DNA of 59,042 bases from Candidatus Beckwithbacteria bacterium CG10_big_fil_rev_8_21_14_0_10_34_10 (GCA_002773945.1 PEZT01000001.1:71565-130606), one strand, 5' to 3'; positions 49,682-58,374 are shown, numbered from the stretch's first letter. Notes: a model not told the origin generated them from the sequence alone. Made by a program: numbers and translations.

Positions 49682-50109
49682 TTTTTGACCTCTATGTTAT
49701 ACAAGCAAGTGATTATCAGTAAAAACTATAATAGTAAATTGCGGTTTTTCTGTCAACACTTTTTTCTCAACTAAATATTTTGTTTGTAATAACATTTGAG
49801 CCGACTTTAAAAATGTATTTATAGTTAGTTTTGTTGAAAAACCTCATTAAGCTAAGCCTTCCACTTGTTTTGATCAATCATTTGAATCTCAAAGTCTGAA
49901 TCAGTAAATCCGAAATCAAGTTTTTGCAAATCTGTTTCGACTGCTAATTCATTACATAGATCAAGAATGACTCGCTTGTAAATACTATTTAAAATATCTG
50001 ATAATTCAGCACAATTTAAACTTTATTTGTCTGAAAAACAAACAATGGATAAACTAGTGAATAAGGTTCGAAGTTATTATTATAAATTATTAGTGATTGA
50101 TTTTAATAA

Positions 50110-50373
50110 TTACTCTCTTGGTTTTATTGATAATTCTTGCAGCCCCTCTTTATTAAATGTCTGAATTATATCGACAGAGATACAAGGTTCACATTTCATG
50201 CACTGTACATTCTCCCAAGCTCCTTGAGGAGGATGCAACGGACAGCATAAAGGAGTACTGACCGCAAACTCAGGCAAAAAAGAATAATTCATTTTAACTG
50301 GATCACTACCTTTTTTTTCACATCTAACTTCAGTTGGAACAATATCTCCAAATTTATAACCATGTTCATTCAT
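50110..50373 (-). CDS. Hypothetical Cys-rich 87-aa protein
   Basis: Start moved to MNEHG to avoid the tRNA; TATAAT 9 nt upstream; LCCPLH and CMKCEPC. Confidence 0.5.
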   Translation of the reverse strand: MNEHGYKFGDIVPTEVRCEKKGSDPVKMNYSFLPEFAVSTPLCCPLHPPQGAWENVQCMKCEPCISVDIIQTFNKEGLQELSIKPRE

Positions 50374-50401
50374 ATTAGATCTATTATATACTATAGGATT
50401 C

Positions 50402-50477
50402 TGGGTGGATGAGGGGAATCGCACCCCCGGCCTCTAATTCCACAGATTAGCGCTCTAACTACTGAGCTACATCCACC
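50402..50477 (-). tRNA. tRNA-His(GTG)
   Basis: G-1, GTGGATG/CATCCAC acceptor, CTAAT-CTGTGGA-ATTAG; T-loop TGCGATT. Confidence 0.93.
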
Positions 50478-50491
50478 ATAAAGGTATTTTA

Positions 50492-51154
50492 TCAGATCCG
50501 CGCGATTAAACAAAGATTGTAGCCTATTAAAAAGTTAGTTTTTTTCCCTTTTTTAGTGTAGTAGATATCTTTTATTTTAAAATTCTGTTTTTTAATAAGG
50601 TCTTTTAGTTCTTTTTTAGTATAAGAATAAAGAATTCTATCTATTTTTCTAGTTGGTTTTATTCCATCAGACAGAAAGTAGGGGATTGAAATAATTTTAT
50701 TTTTTCTCTGTTTAAAGTGGGTTTTTAGATATTTTGCTTGCCAGAGGTTCCAGGTGGTTAGAAAAAGAGTTCCATTTTTCTTAAGATGTTTTTTAATCTG
50801 TTTAATAGTGTTTTCCTGGTCTTTTTTAGAAGTTAAGTGGTGGAAAACAGCTAAGCAAAATATATAGTCAAATTTACCTATATTTTTATAAGTACTATCT
50901 TTGGTTATATCAGCCAGAAAAAATTTACTATTGGGGTGGTTTTTTTTAGCAATTTCTAAAAGTTTTTCGGAGTTATCTATTCCAAAATAATTTATTTGCT
51001 TGCCTTTTAAAAGGTTTAAAAGCCTACCATTGCCGCAACCTAAATCTAAAACCCTGGTTCCTTTTTTAACCCTATCAGTAAAGTCTTTAAATTCTGGCCA
51101 GTTTTTATTTCTGGTCTCTGAGAAATGAGAGGCAATAATGTTATAATTAGTCAT
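50492..51154 (-). CDS. Trm9/ALKBH8-like SAM methyltransferase (putative tRNA cm5U methyltransferase)
   Basis: YNIIASHFSETR..WP, LDLGCGNGR, GIDNS..LLEIA, FD..FCLAVFHHL, ..TTW. Confidence 0.72.
   Translation of the reverse strand: MTNYNIIASHFSETRNKNWPEFKDFTDRVKKGTRVLDLGCGNGRLLNLLKGKQINYFGIDNSEKLLEIAKKNHPNSKFFLADITKDSTYKNIGKFDYIFCLAVFHHLTSKKDQENTIKQIKKHLKKNGTLFLTTWNLWQAKYLKTHFKQRKNKIISIPYFLSDGIKPTRKIDRILYSYTKKELKDLIKKQNFKIKDIYYTKKGKKTNFLIGYNLCLIARI
51139..51147 (+). promoter_or_regulatory. Extended -10 promoter giving a leaderless elp3 transcript
   Basis: TG-t-TATAAT, 7 nt before ATG 51155, inside the divergent methyltransferase ORF. Confidence 0.7.
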
Positions 51155-52729
51155 ATGAAAAAGCTTGTTTTAGATCTTTTATCTCAATCATATTTAAATG
51201 CTAAGATTTTAGCAAGTTTTAAGCGAAAATTTGCCAAAAAAACCGGTCTTTTCCCTAAAAACAGTCTCCTTTTAGCTCAATACTGGCAAATGGTAAAAAT
51301 GGGAGAAATCAAGCCTAAAGCCTCCTTTGAAAAAGCTTTGCGCCTAAAAAAAGTTAGGTCTTTATCCGGCATTATTCCAGTGGCGGTTTTAACCAAACCT
51401 TACCCTTGCCCAGGCAGGTGTGTCTATTGTCCGACTCAGGTCAATATGCCAAAAAGCTACTTAGATGATGAACCAGCCGTTATGAGGGCTAAGCAAGCTT
51501 CCTTTAATCCCTCCTTACAGATGAAAAGAAGATTAAGACAACTTAAAGAAACTGGTCATAGTCTGGAAAAAATTGAATTAATTGTCATGGGAGGTACTTT
51601 TACCGCCTTGCCACATTCATATCAAAAATCTTTTATTAAAAAGTGTTTTGAAGCCGCTAATGGGGAAAAAAGTAAAACCCTGGCTGAGGCTCAAAAAACT
51701 AATCAAACTGCTAAAAATAGAATTATTGGTTTAACTTTGGAAACTAGACCTGATGAAATTAATATCAGTGAAATAAAAAGGATGAGAATTTTGGGTTGTA
51801 CCCGGGTGGAAATTGGAGTTCAAACTATTTATGATTCTATTTTAAAAAAAGTTAACCGAGGTCATTTAACCAAGGCAACTATTAAAGCCACCAAACTTTT
51901 AAAAGACGCGGGCATAAAAGTTTGTTATCACTTAATGCCTAATTTACCCGGAAGTCGCCTTTCCTTGGATTTTAAAATGTTTAAAGAAATATTTTCTAAT
52001 GAAAAATATATGCCTGATATGATAAAAATTTATCCCTGTGTGGTTTGTTACCAAGCCAAGCTTTACCAGTGGTTTAAAAAAGGGAAGTATAAACCATATA
52101 AAGATGAGGAATTAATTAAACTTCTTTTAAAAATTAAAAAGATTGTGCCTGCCTGGGTGAGGATAAACCGGTTAGGCCGGGATATACCGGTTAATAATAT
52201 TGCCGCTGGGAATAAATTATCTAATATTAGACAAGTCTTGGAAAAGAGAAAAGATTTTCAGTGTCAGTGCATTAGATGCCGGGAAATAAAGGAAAAGGGG
52301 AGTTTAAATAGTAAAAGAGTTAAGTTTAATCAAATAAAGTATTCTAGCTCTGGTGGAGAGGAATATTTCTTAGAATATACTGATAAAGAAAACCATCTTT
52401 TTGCATTACTCCGATTAAGAATTCCCAGCCAGATTTTTTCTAAGAAAAACCATTTTATCCCAGAACTTGAAAATAGCTCTATTATAAGAGAGCTTCATAC
52501 TTATGGAGAGTCTTTGCCTTTGGGGAAAAAAGGGCAAGCGAGTCAACACTTAGGTTTAGGAAAAAAACTTTTAAAAAAGGCTGAGGAAATTACTAAAAAT
52601 CTGGGGATTAAAAAAATAGCGGTCATCTCTGGTATTGGAGTTAGAGAATATTACCAAAAAATGTGGTATAAACTTCAAAACACCTATATGATAAAAAACC
52701 TTAATCTAAAAAATTTGACAAAGAAGTAA
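51155..52729 (+). CDS. elp3: Elp3-type tRNA U34 carboxymethyltransferase (radical SAM + KAT domains)
   Basis: CPGRCVYCP, GGTF, LETRPD, RVEIGVQ, KIYP, RDIP, CQCIRCRE, IRELHTYG, QHLGLG, ISGIGVREYY. Confidence 0.92.
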   Translation: MKKLVLDLLSQSYLNAKILASFKRKFAKKTGLFPKNSLLLAQYWQMVKMGEIKPKASFEKALRLKKVRSLSGIIPVAVLTKPYPCPGRCVYCPTQVNMPKSYLDDEPAVMRAKQASFNPSLQMKRRLRQLKETGHSLEKIELIVMGGTFTALPHSYQKSFIKKCFEAANGEKSKTLAEAQKTNQTAKNRIIGLTLETRPDEINISEIKRMRILGCTRVEIGVQTIYDSILKKVNRGHLTKATIKATKLLKDAGIKVCYHLMPNLPGSRLSLDFKMFKEIFSNEKYMPDMIKIYPCVVCYQAKLYQWFKKGKYKPYKDEELIKLLLKIKKIVPAWVRINRLGRDIPVNNIAAGNKLSNIRQVLEKRKDFQCQCIRCREIKEKGSLNSKRVKFNQIKYSSSGGEEYFLEYTDKENHLFALLRLRIPSQIFSKKNHFIPELENSSIIRELHTYGESLPLGKKGQASQHLGLGKKLLKKAEEITKNLGIKKIAVISGIGVREYYQKMWYKLQNTYMIKNLNLKNLTKK

Positions 52730-52777
52730 TTTAGTTAAATAATTGAATAAATAGTTATTCAGATTAAAGAAGGAAAG

Positions 52778-53125
52778 ATGACAGTTATATACGGAGTTAA
52801 TCCAAAAAAACCATATACTTGCCAAGATGTCCTTGGGGCAATTGAAAGATGCTTTGTTAAAGCCCACGATGATGTTCTTAATAAAGAAATGACTAGCGAA
52901 GCTCAACAATTTAATCCTCAAGAATTAGAGAATCTAAAAAAATTAAGTGTGCTTCAATTAATAAAGGATATTTTTAAAGAAATTGGGGGTAACTATGAAA
53001 ACCCAACTAAAGAAAATTTAATCGGAGTTTGTGACAAACTAGCAGAATACTCTAAAATGTATCGTTTTCCTGAAGCAATTAAAAAGCATTATGAAGAAAT
53101 AATGCAGCTAGTAGACGGACTTTAA
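52778..53125 (+). CDS. Conserved-looking hypothetical helical protein
   Basis: 115-aa ORF with AAGGA SD. Confidence 0.65.
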   Translation: MTVIYGVNPKKPYTCQDVLGAIERCFVKAHDDVLNKEMTSEAQQFNPQELENLKKLSVLQLIKDIFKEIGGNYENPTKENLIGVCDKLAEYSKMYRFPEAIKKHYEEIMQLVDGL

Positions 53126-53207
53126 AAACAGCTAATCAAGATCACTCTTTTAAGTTAAAAATTCTAGACCACACACACAAAAACTAAAAAATTAAAATTT
53201 TTTTTAG

Positions 53208-53291
53208 TGGCCAGAGAGAGATTTGAACTCTCACCTCAGTTAAGAGATACGGTTCTGAACCGTACGCGTCTGCCAATTCCGCCATCTGGCC
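53208..53291 (-). tRNA. tRNA-Leu(CAG)
   Basis: GGCCAGA/TCTGGCC, TACGG-TTCAGAA-CCGTA, long variable arm. Confidence 0.94.
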
Positions 53292-53395
53292 AAAAATAAC
53301 CTTTTATTTCAGTATTCTTTCCTGATTAACTATTAAATTTTACCATAAAATTGCTTGGTTTTCCTGTAAATTTCTGATAAAATCAGTTAAGTTTT

Positions 53396-53469
53396 GGGTG
53401 AGTAGCTCAGTTGGCTAGAGCATCCGGTTTACATCCGGAAGGTCACAGGTTCGAGTCCTGTCTCACCCA
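53396..53469 (+). tRNA. tRNA-Val(TAC)
   Basis: GGGTGAG/CTCACCC, TCCGG-TTTACAT-CCGGA. Confidence 0.96.
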
Positions 53470-53496
53470 CAAAAAACACTAAACATATTTATATAT

Positions 53497-53569
53497 GTCC
53501 CAGTAGCTCAGGGGACAGAGCAACTGTCTTCTAAACAGTAGGCCGGAGGTTCGAATCCTCCCTGGGACA
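53497..53569 (+). tRNA. tRNA-Arg(TCT)
   Basis: GTCCCAG/CTGGGAC, ACTGT-CTTCTAA-ACAGT. Confidence 0.95.
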
Positions 53570-53574
53570 CAAAT

Positions 53575-53656
53575 GCCGAGGTGGTGGAACTGGTAGACAC
53601 GCAGTCTTGAGGAGGCTGTGCTTTCGGGCATGGAGGTTCGAGTCCTCTCCTCGGCA
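53575..53656 (+). tRNA. tRNA-Leu(GAG)
   Basis: GCCGAGG/CCTCGGC, CAGTC-TTGAGGA-GGCTG, variable arm. Confidence 0.95.
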
Positions 53657-53683
53657 CAAAATATGATAGAATAGTTTTTGAAT

Positions 53684-53756
53684 GCCGGAGTAGCCAAGGC
53701 AGTCAAGGCACGAGTCTGAAAAACTTGGGATACAGGTGCAATTCCTGTCTCCGGCA
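53684..53756 (+). tRNA. tRNA-Phe(GAA), non-canonical D and T loops
   Basis: GCCGGAG/CTCCGGC, CGAGT-CTGAAAA-ACTTG, T-loop TGCAATT. Confidence 0.88.
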
Positions 53757-53764
53757 CTATTATT

Positions 53765-53836
53765 GCGGGTGTAGTTCAGTAGTAGAACGTTTCCTTGCCA
53801 AGGAAAAGGTCGTGGGTGCGAATCCCATCACCCGCT
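53765..53836 (+). tRNA. tRNA-Gly(GCC)
   Basis: GCGGGTG/CACCCGC, TTTCC-TTGCCAA-GGAAA, T-loop TGCGAAT. Confidence 0.93.
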
Positions 53837-53858
53837 CATTTAAGGTAAAATACTCTCC

Positions 53859-54431
53859 ATGAACTCATTTCTAAATGAAAAGAAATTTTTATTTATTGGT
53901 TTAATATCTGGTTCTTTCTTAGGCTGCTTACTAATTTTTAAGCTTCAAAAGAATATTAAGGTTTTAGAAAAACAGGAACAAAAAGGAATAGAAATCAGCT
54001 ATAATCAACTTCCTAATCCTTCAGTTTTAATTCCTCCAAGTCCTTCTCCTAGTCCTTCGCCAATACCAACACCAAAACCAAGTCCTTCTCCCTTGCCATC
54101 ACCATCTCCCTCTCCTGAGCCTAAAATATATCCTACCAGCCAGGAGTTGGATTCTAGTTTTGCTAAATACGCTACTGAATATAGGCTTGATTTAAATATC
54201 TTAAGACAATTAGCTTCCTGTGAATCTGGTTTTAATACTTATGCTGTTAATAATCCTTATGCTGGACTTTATCAATTTAATTCTACTTCATGGATTAACA
54301 CCAGAAAAAGAATGGGCCTAAACCCTGATCCTGACTTAAGATTTAACTGGGAGGAATCAATTAAAACAGCTGCTTTTAAAATATCCCAAGATGGTTTAGG
54401 ATCTTGGCCTAGTTGTCAAAATAAACTTTGA
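53859..54431 (+). CDS. Rpf/SLT-like lytic transglycosylase with Pro/Ser linker
   Basis: TM, PSPSPSP linker, LASCESG, YAGLYQF..TSW, SWPSC. Confidence 0.82.
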   Translation: MNSFLNEKKFLFIGLISGSFLGCLLIFKLQKNIKVLEKQEQKGIEISYNQLPNPSVLIPPSPSPSPSPIPTPKPSPSPLPSPSPSPEPKIYPTSQELDSSFAKYATEYRLDLNILRQLASCESGFNTYAVNNPYAGLYQFNSTSWINTRKRMGLNPDPDLRFNWEESIKTAAFKISQDGLGSWPSCQNKL

Positions 54432-54581
54432 AAAACACCTTAATTTAAGGTAAAATTCTTAATTAGATAAAAAAACTGTTTAAGGCTTTACCCTTTTAGA
54501 AAATATAGAAATATTAAAACTCTTAATCTCTTTAGCACTTTGATAAATAGACTACCATAATATATACTAGAAACAATATTT

Positions 54582-55283
54582 ATGGTTCATTATACAGAAG
54601 AAAAAACAAAAGCTATAAAGTTGAGAAAAAACGGATTAAGTTACAGCGAAATAATAAAAAAAGTTAAAGTCTCAAAGTCAACGCTATCTTATTGGTTATC
54701 TAATATTAAATTAAATAAAAAACAACAAAACAGAATTAATAAGAAAAAAACCCTAGGAAGACTTAAGGCTTTAGAAAGAATTAAACAAAAAAGAAAAAAA
54801 ATTACCAATTTTCTTCTTAAAAAAGGAAAAACAGATATTGGTAAAATAAGTCAAAGAGATCTATTTATTTTGGGAATAGCTCTTTATTGGGCAGAAGGAG
54901 CTAAACAAAAAGCGTCTGATATCTCTCATAGGGTATCATTTAGTAATTCTGATCCCAAAATGATAAAAACATTTTTAATATGGTTAATAAATAGCTGCAA
55001 AATAACCAAAGAACAACTTTCTTTTGAACTCTATATCCATAAAGAAATAGATAAAAAAACTGTTAAGCTTATTAAAAATTTTTGGCTAAAAACACTTAAA
55101 ATTAATGGAAATTTCCTAAAAATCCGTTATAAGAAACACCAAATTAACAAACTGAAAAATTTAAAAACTTATTATGGATTAATAAGAATTGATGTCCAAA
55201 AAAGTACCAATTTTAACAGATTAATAAAAGGTTGGATTTTGGGAATAGCCAATAATCTAAATAATAATTGGGGAGTGGTGTAG
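54582..55283 (+). CDS. HTH + LAGLIDADG-like protein overlapping the tRNA-Gln 5' end
   Basis: LRKNGLSYSEI..VSKSTLSYW HTH; GIALYWAEG; FSNSDPKMI; ends NWGVV* inside the tRNA. Confidence 0.72.
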   Translation: MVHYTEEKTKAIKLRKNGLSYSEIIKKVKVSKSTLSYWLSNIKLNKKQQNRINKKKTLGRLKALERIKQKRKKITNFLLKKGKTDIGKISQRDLFILGIALYWAEGAKQKASDISHRVSFSNSDPKMIKTFLIWLINSCKITKEQLSFELYIHKEIDKKTVKLIKNFWLKTLKINGNFLKIRYKKHQINKLKNLKTYYGLIRIDVQKSTNFNRLIKGWILGIANNLNNNWGVV

Positions 55284-55340
55284 CGGTAGCACGTCTGCCT
55301 TTGAAGCAGAAGATCCTAGGTTCGAATCCTAGCTCCCCAG
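55269..55340 (+). tRNA. tRNA-Gln(TTG)
   Basis: TGGGGAG/CTCCCCA, TCTGC-CTTTGAA-GCAGA, GTTCGAATC. Confidence 0.95.
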
Positions 55341-55369
55341 CATTATAATAAAATTGCCATAATTCAACT

Positions 55370-55648
55370 ATGTTATTTCCAAAAGGTGAATTTACAATAG
55401 GTCAAAAAGAAAAACATAAAGTCAGTTTCAGTACGGATTTTTGGTGGGGTAGATTTAATGTGTTCGTTGATGGTTCTCCAACATCAATTAATGGTAAAAG
55501 TATGATAAGTGGTCCCTTTACACTTGAAGTAGGAGATAAAGAAAAGCATACATTAACCTTCCAGTTAATATTTTCTGCAATATTTGCTGCTTTTAGAGAT
55601 AAAGAGGTTCAAGTACTCGTTGATGGGAAGCTATTCAAAACTTTTTAA
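55370..55648 (+). CDS. Hypothetical beta-rich protein with an internal duplication
   Basis: FTIGQKEKHKVSF..VFVDG versus LEVGDKEKHTLTF..VLVDG; TG-c-CATAAT 6 nt before the ATG. Confidence 0.7.
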   Translation: MLFPKGEFTIGQKEKHKVSFSTDFWWGRFNVFVDGSPTSINGKSMISGPFTLEVGDKEKHTLTFQLIFSAIFAAFRDKEVQVLVDGKLFKTF

Positions 55649-55869
55649 TTTATTTAACAAACTCTTCTTTTCGGCATTTAACATTTAACAAAAAACAGGG
55701 ATATAAATTGCTTTGTCTGTGCTAAAATAAGTTCGAATAGCGTCTATATTCGCCAGCTAGTAAGAATTGTCAAGAATAAAAAATTAGGTATTCAAAGTCC
55801 TCATATTTTTCTGAATGAAAAAAATTCTTTAAAAAAACTTTAGAAATCTGTATAATTTATATTGTAAGT

Positions 55870-56754
55870 ATGAAAAACTCAACAAAAGGGGCTTTGATTG
55901 TTGCTTTATCAGCATTGTTTTTCGGTTCTTATGGTATTTGGGCAAAATTAATTGGAATTCAGATTGATAATTTTTTCCAAGTATATGTTAGAAGTCTGAT
56001 TATTTTACTAATACTAGTTCCCTTGGGGATTATTACCCACAGTATTAAAAAAATAGATAAAAAAGACTGGAAATGGATTTTAATTTATACTTTTGCTGGT
56101 TCATTAACAGTTGCCCCAATTTTTTACGCATTTAATAAAATTGGGATAGGTTCTGCTACTCTACTTTTTTATGCTTCATTCACAATTATTTCTTTTATCT
56201 TAGGATTTATTTTATTCGGGGAAAAGATTACTATCGATAAAATAGTTGGCTTAATCCTTGCATTGATTGGGCTATATCTGATTTTTAATTTATCGTTTCA
56301 GCAAAATTCTTTACTTGCTGCCCTAGCCGCAATCCTAGCAGGGTCTGCAGCAGGATTTGAAATTGTTTTTACTAAAAAAATTTCTCACAAATATTCTGCT
56401 TTACAACTTAATCTTTTTGTTTGGTTAGTTATTTTTATTTTTCATTTAATAGGCTCTTTGTTAATAGAAGAAAAACAGTTATTGCCAGAATTGTCAATTG
56501 CTTGGTTTGGAGTATTTGCTTATGCAATTGCTTCTCTGAGCGCATTTTCGCTTGTCGTAATTGGCTATAGATATGTTCAGCCCGGAATTGGTGCCTTGAC
56601 TGGTTTATTAGAGATAATATTTGGAATAATATTTGGAATAATATTTTTCTCTGAAATATTAACTTCTCAAATAGTATTAGGTGGAACTTTAATTTTTATA
56701 GCAGCAGCTTTACCAAATTTTGTAAGTTTAGTTAGAAAAGACAATAAGGCTTAA
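55870..56754 (+). CDS. DMT/EamA family transporter
   Basis: About 10 TM helices in two repeats; FGEKIT, LLEIIFG. Confidence 0.88.
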   Translation: MKNSTKGALIVALSALFFGSYGIWAKLIGIQIDNFFQVYVRSLIILLILVPLGIITHSIKKIDKKDWKWILIYTFAGSLTVAPIFYAFNKIGIGSATLLFYASFTIISFILGFILFGEKITIDKIVGLILALIGLYLIFNLSFQQNSLLAALAAILAGSAAGFEIVFTKKISHKYSALQLNLFVWLVIFIFHLIGSLLIEEKQLLPELSIAWFGVFAYAIASLSAFSLVVIGYRYVQPGIGALTGLLEIIFGIIFGIIFFSEILTSQIVLGGTLIFIAAALPNFVSLVRKDNKA

Positions 56755-56820
56755 TTTGCATAATAGTTAGAAAATTACTCCCTAAATACGAACCAGCTTA
56801 TTTATCGCTGCTTCAACAAA

Positions 56821-57045
56821 ATGAAAATATTTATTAAAGTTAAACCTAATTCAAAAAATGAGAAAATTGAGAAAATTGATGAAAATCATTTTAATGTTTG
56901 GCTTAAAGTCCCTGCTAGGGAAGGGAAGGCCAATAAAAGGCTGGTTGAGTTATTATCTAAATATTTTAATCTTTCCAAATCAAAAATATTAATTATTTCT
57001 GGATTTAAATCTAAAAATAAAATTGTATCTTTAAACTTATCTTAA
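56821..57045 (+). CDS. DUF167 (YggU-like) protein
   Basis: VKPNSK, PAREGKAN, SGFKSKNK. Confidence 0.9.
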   Translation: MKIFIKVKPNSKNEKIEKIDENHFNVWLKVPAREGKANKRLVELLSKYFNLSKSKILIISGFKSKNKIVSLNLS

Positions 57046-57186
57046 AACTCAATTTATTCTCAGTAAAATCTCATTTATATGTAAAATAATATAGCATCTT
57101 CCTATTAGAGAATTTTATTTAGCTTTCTGTTAGAATATTTAAATGGCCTTTTATGGCGATTTTTGTTTTTAATTATTTTTGTTTAA

Positions 57187-58374
57187 ATGAAACTAGACAA
57201 AAGATTTATTATTATTTTTATTATTTTAGTCACTGAGGTTTTGGGTTTTTCCCTGGTTCTACCTTTTCTACCTTTTATGGCTCAGGATTTAGGAGCTAGT
57301 CCTTTTCAGGTAGGTTTGATCTTGTCTGTTTTTTCTGTTTTCCAGTTTGTTTCCGCCCCCATTATGGGAAAGTTAAGTGATTCTTATGGTAGGCGGCCGT
57401 TATTATTGTTTTCCCAACTTTCTACTTTTATTGGTTTTATTATTCTCGGCTTTTCTAAATCTTTATGGATGATTATTTTATCCCGGATTGTTGATGGCTT
57501 ACTAGGAAGTAATTTTTCTATTGCCCAAGCATATTTAAGTGATATTTCTTCAAAAAAAAACAGGAGCAAGACTTTTGGTTTAAGCGGGGCCGCTTTTGGA
57601 TTTGGCTTTATGATTGGTCCGGCTATCGGGGGATTATTATCTCGGTTTGGTTATGGTCTGCCTTCTTTTGTCGCCGCTCTGATGGCTTTAATAACAATTT
57701 TAACTACTTTCTTTTTCTTGCCAGAAACAATTAAAAGAAAAAGGAAAATGAATTTAAAAATAGAAATATTAAAATTTAGTGATTTTAAAAGCTATCTTCT
57801 GGATTCTAAGGTGGCTGGAAAATTAAGATTATTTTTTTCCTATGTTTTAAGTCACGCTATCTGGGTCAGTAGTTTTGCTATGTTTGCGGAAAGACAATTA
57901 GGTTTTAATGCCGTTCAAGTTGGTTATCTTCTGACCTTTATTGGTTTAGTCAGTATTATTCTTCGGGGCTTTTTACTCGGAAAAATAATCGATCTTATAG
58001 GAGAAAGGAATTCTCAGATAACTGGCCTGGCGATGGTAGTTTTAAGCATGCTGGGAGTTAGTTTTGCCAAAGATTTTTATTCTGCTTTGTTTTTTATTGG
58101 TTTTTTTGCTCTGGGTTCTGGTCTTTTAAGACCTTTATTAATGGCCAGCATTTCTAAAAGTGTTTCCCCTAAAAAACAGGGAGAAGTTATGGGCTTTACT
58201 AATTCCTTAGGCAGTTTATCTCAAATTATTGGCCCTTTGCTGGGCGGATATTTAATTGCTAATTTTTTCCCCGGCAGTTTGGGTTTAGCGGCTGGTTTAG
58301 TTATGATTATTGGTATTTTAACCACTCTTAAAGGGAAAAAAATATCTTTAAGTGGTAAAATTAACCCAAGATGA
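57187..58374 (+). CDS. MFS transporter (DHA1/TetA-like)
   Basis: GKLSDSYGRRP motif A, SRIVDG, GFMIGPAIGG motif C. Confidence 0.92.
   Translation: MKLDKRFIIIFIILVTEVLGFSLVLPFLPFMAQDLGASPFQVGLILSVFSVFQFVSAPIMGKLSDSYGRRPLLLFSQLSTFIGFIILGFSKSLWMIILSRIVDGLLGSNFSIAQAYLSDISSKKNRSKTFGLSGAAFGFGFMIGPAIGGLLSRFGYGLPSFVAALMALITILTTFFFLPETIKRKRKMNLKIEILKFSDFKSYLLDSKVAGKLRLFFSYVLSHAIWVSSFAMFAERQLGFNAVQVGYLLTFIGLVSIILRGFLLGKIIDLIGERNSQITGLAMVVLSMLGVSFAKDFYSALFFIGFFALGSGLLRPLLMASISKSVSPKKQGEVMGFTNSLGSLSQIIGPLLGGYLIANFFPGSLGLAAGLVMIIGILTTLKGKKISLSGKINPR

Noticed and set aside
49852-50022. Start-less open frame of ~56 codons on the minus strand (SLNCAELSDIL...KWKA*)
   Set aside because: No plausible start and no recognisable motif; at most a gene remnant
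47858-50400. Prophage, integron or IS at tRNA-His
   Set aside because: No integrase or transposase, no duplicated tRNA 3' end and no convincing attC hairpin; kept only as a decayed accessory patch
53479-53757. 92-aa minus-strand ORF
   Set aside because: Antisense translation of the tRNA cluster
56614-56647. 12-bp tandem ATAATATTTGGA
   Set aside because: Simply encodes IIFGIIFG within a TM helix of the EamA transporter
304-57569. Many 60-105 aa ORFs nested in or antisense to long genes (e.g. 5715-6029, 17311-17625, 23459-23710, 42577-42807, 48846-49353)
   Set aside because: Overlap well-supported genes and show no motifs; treated as shadow frames
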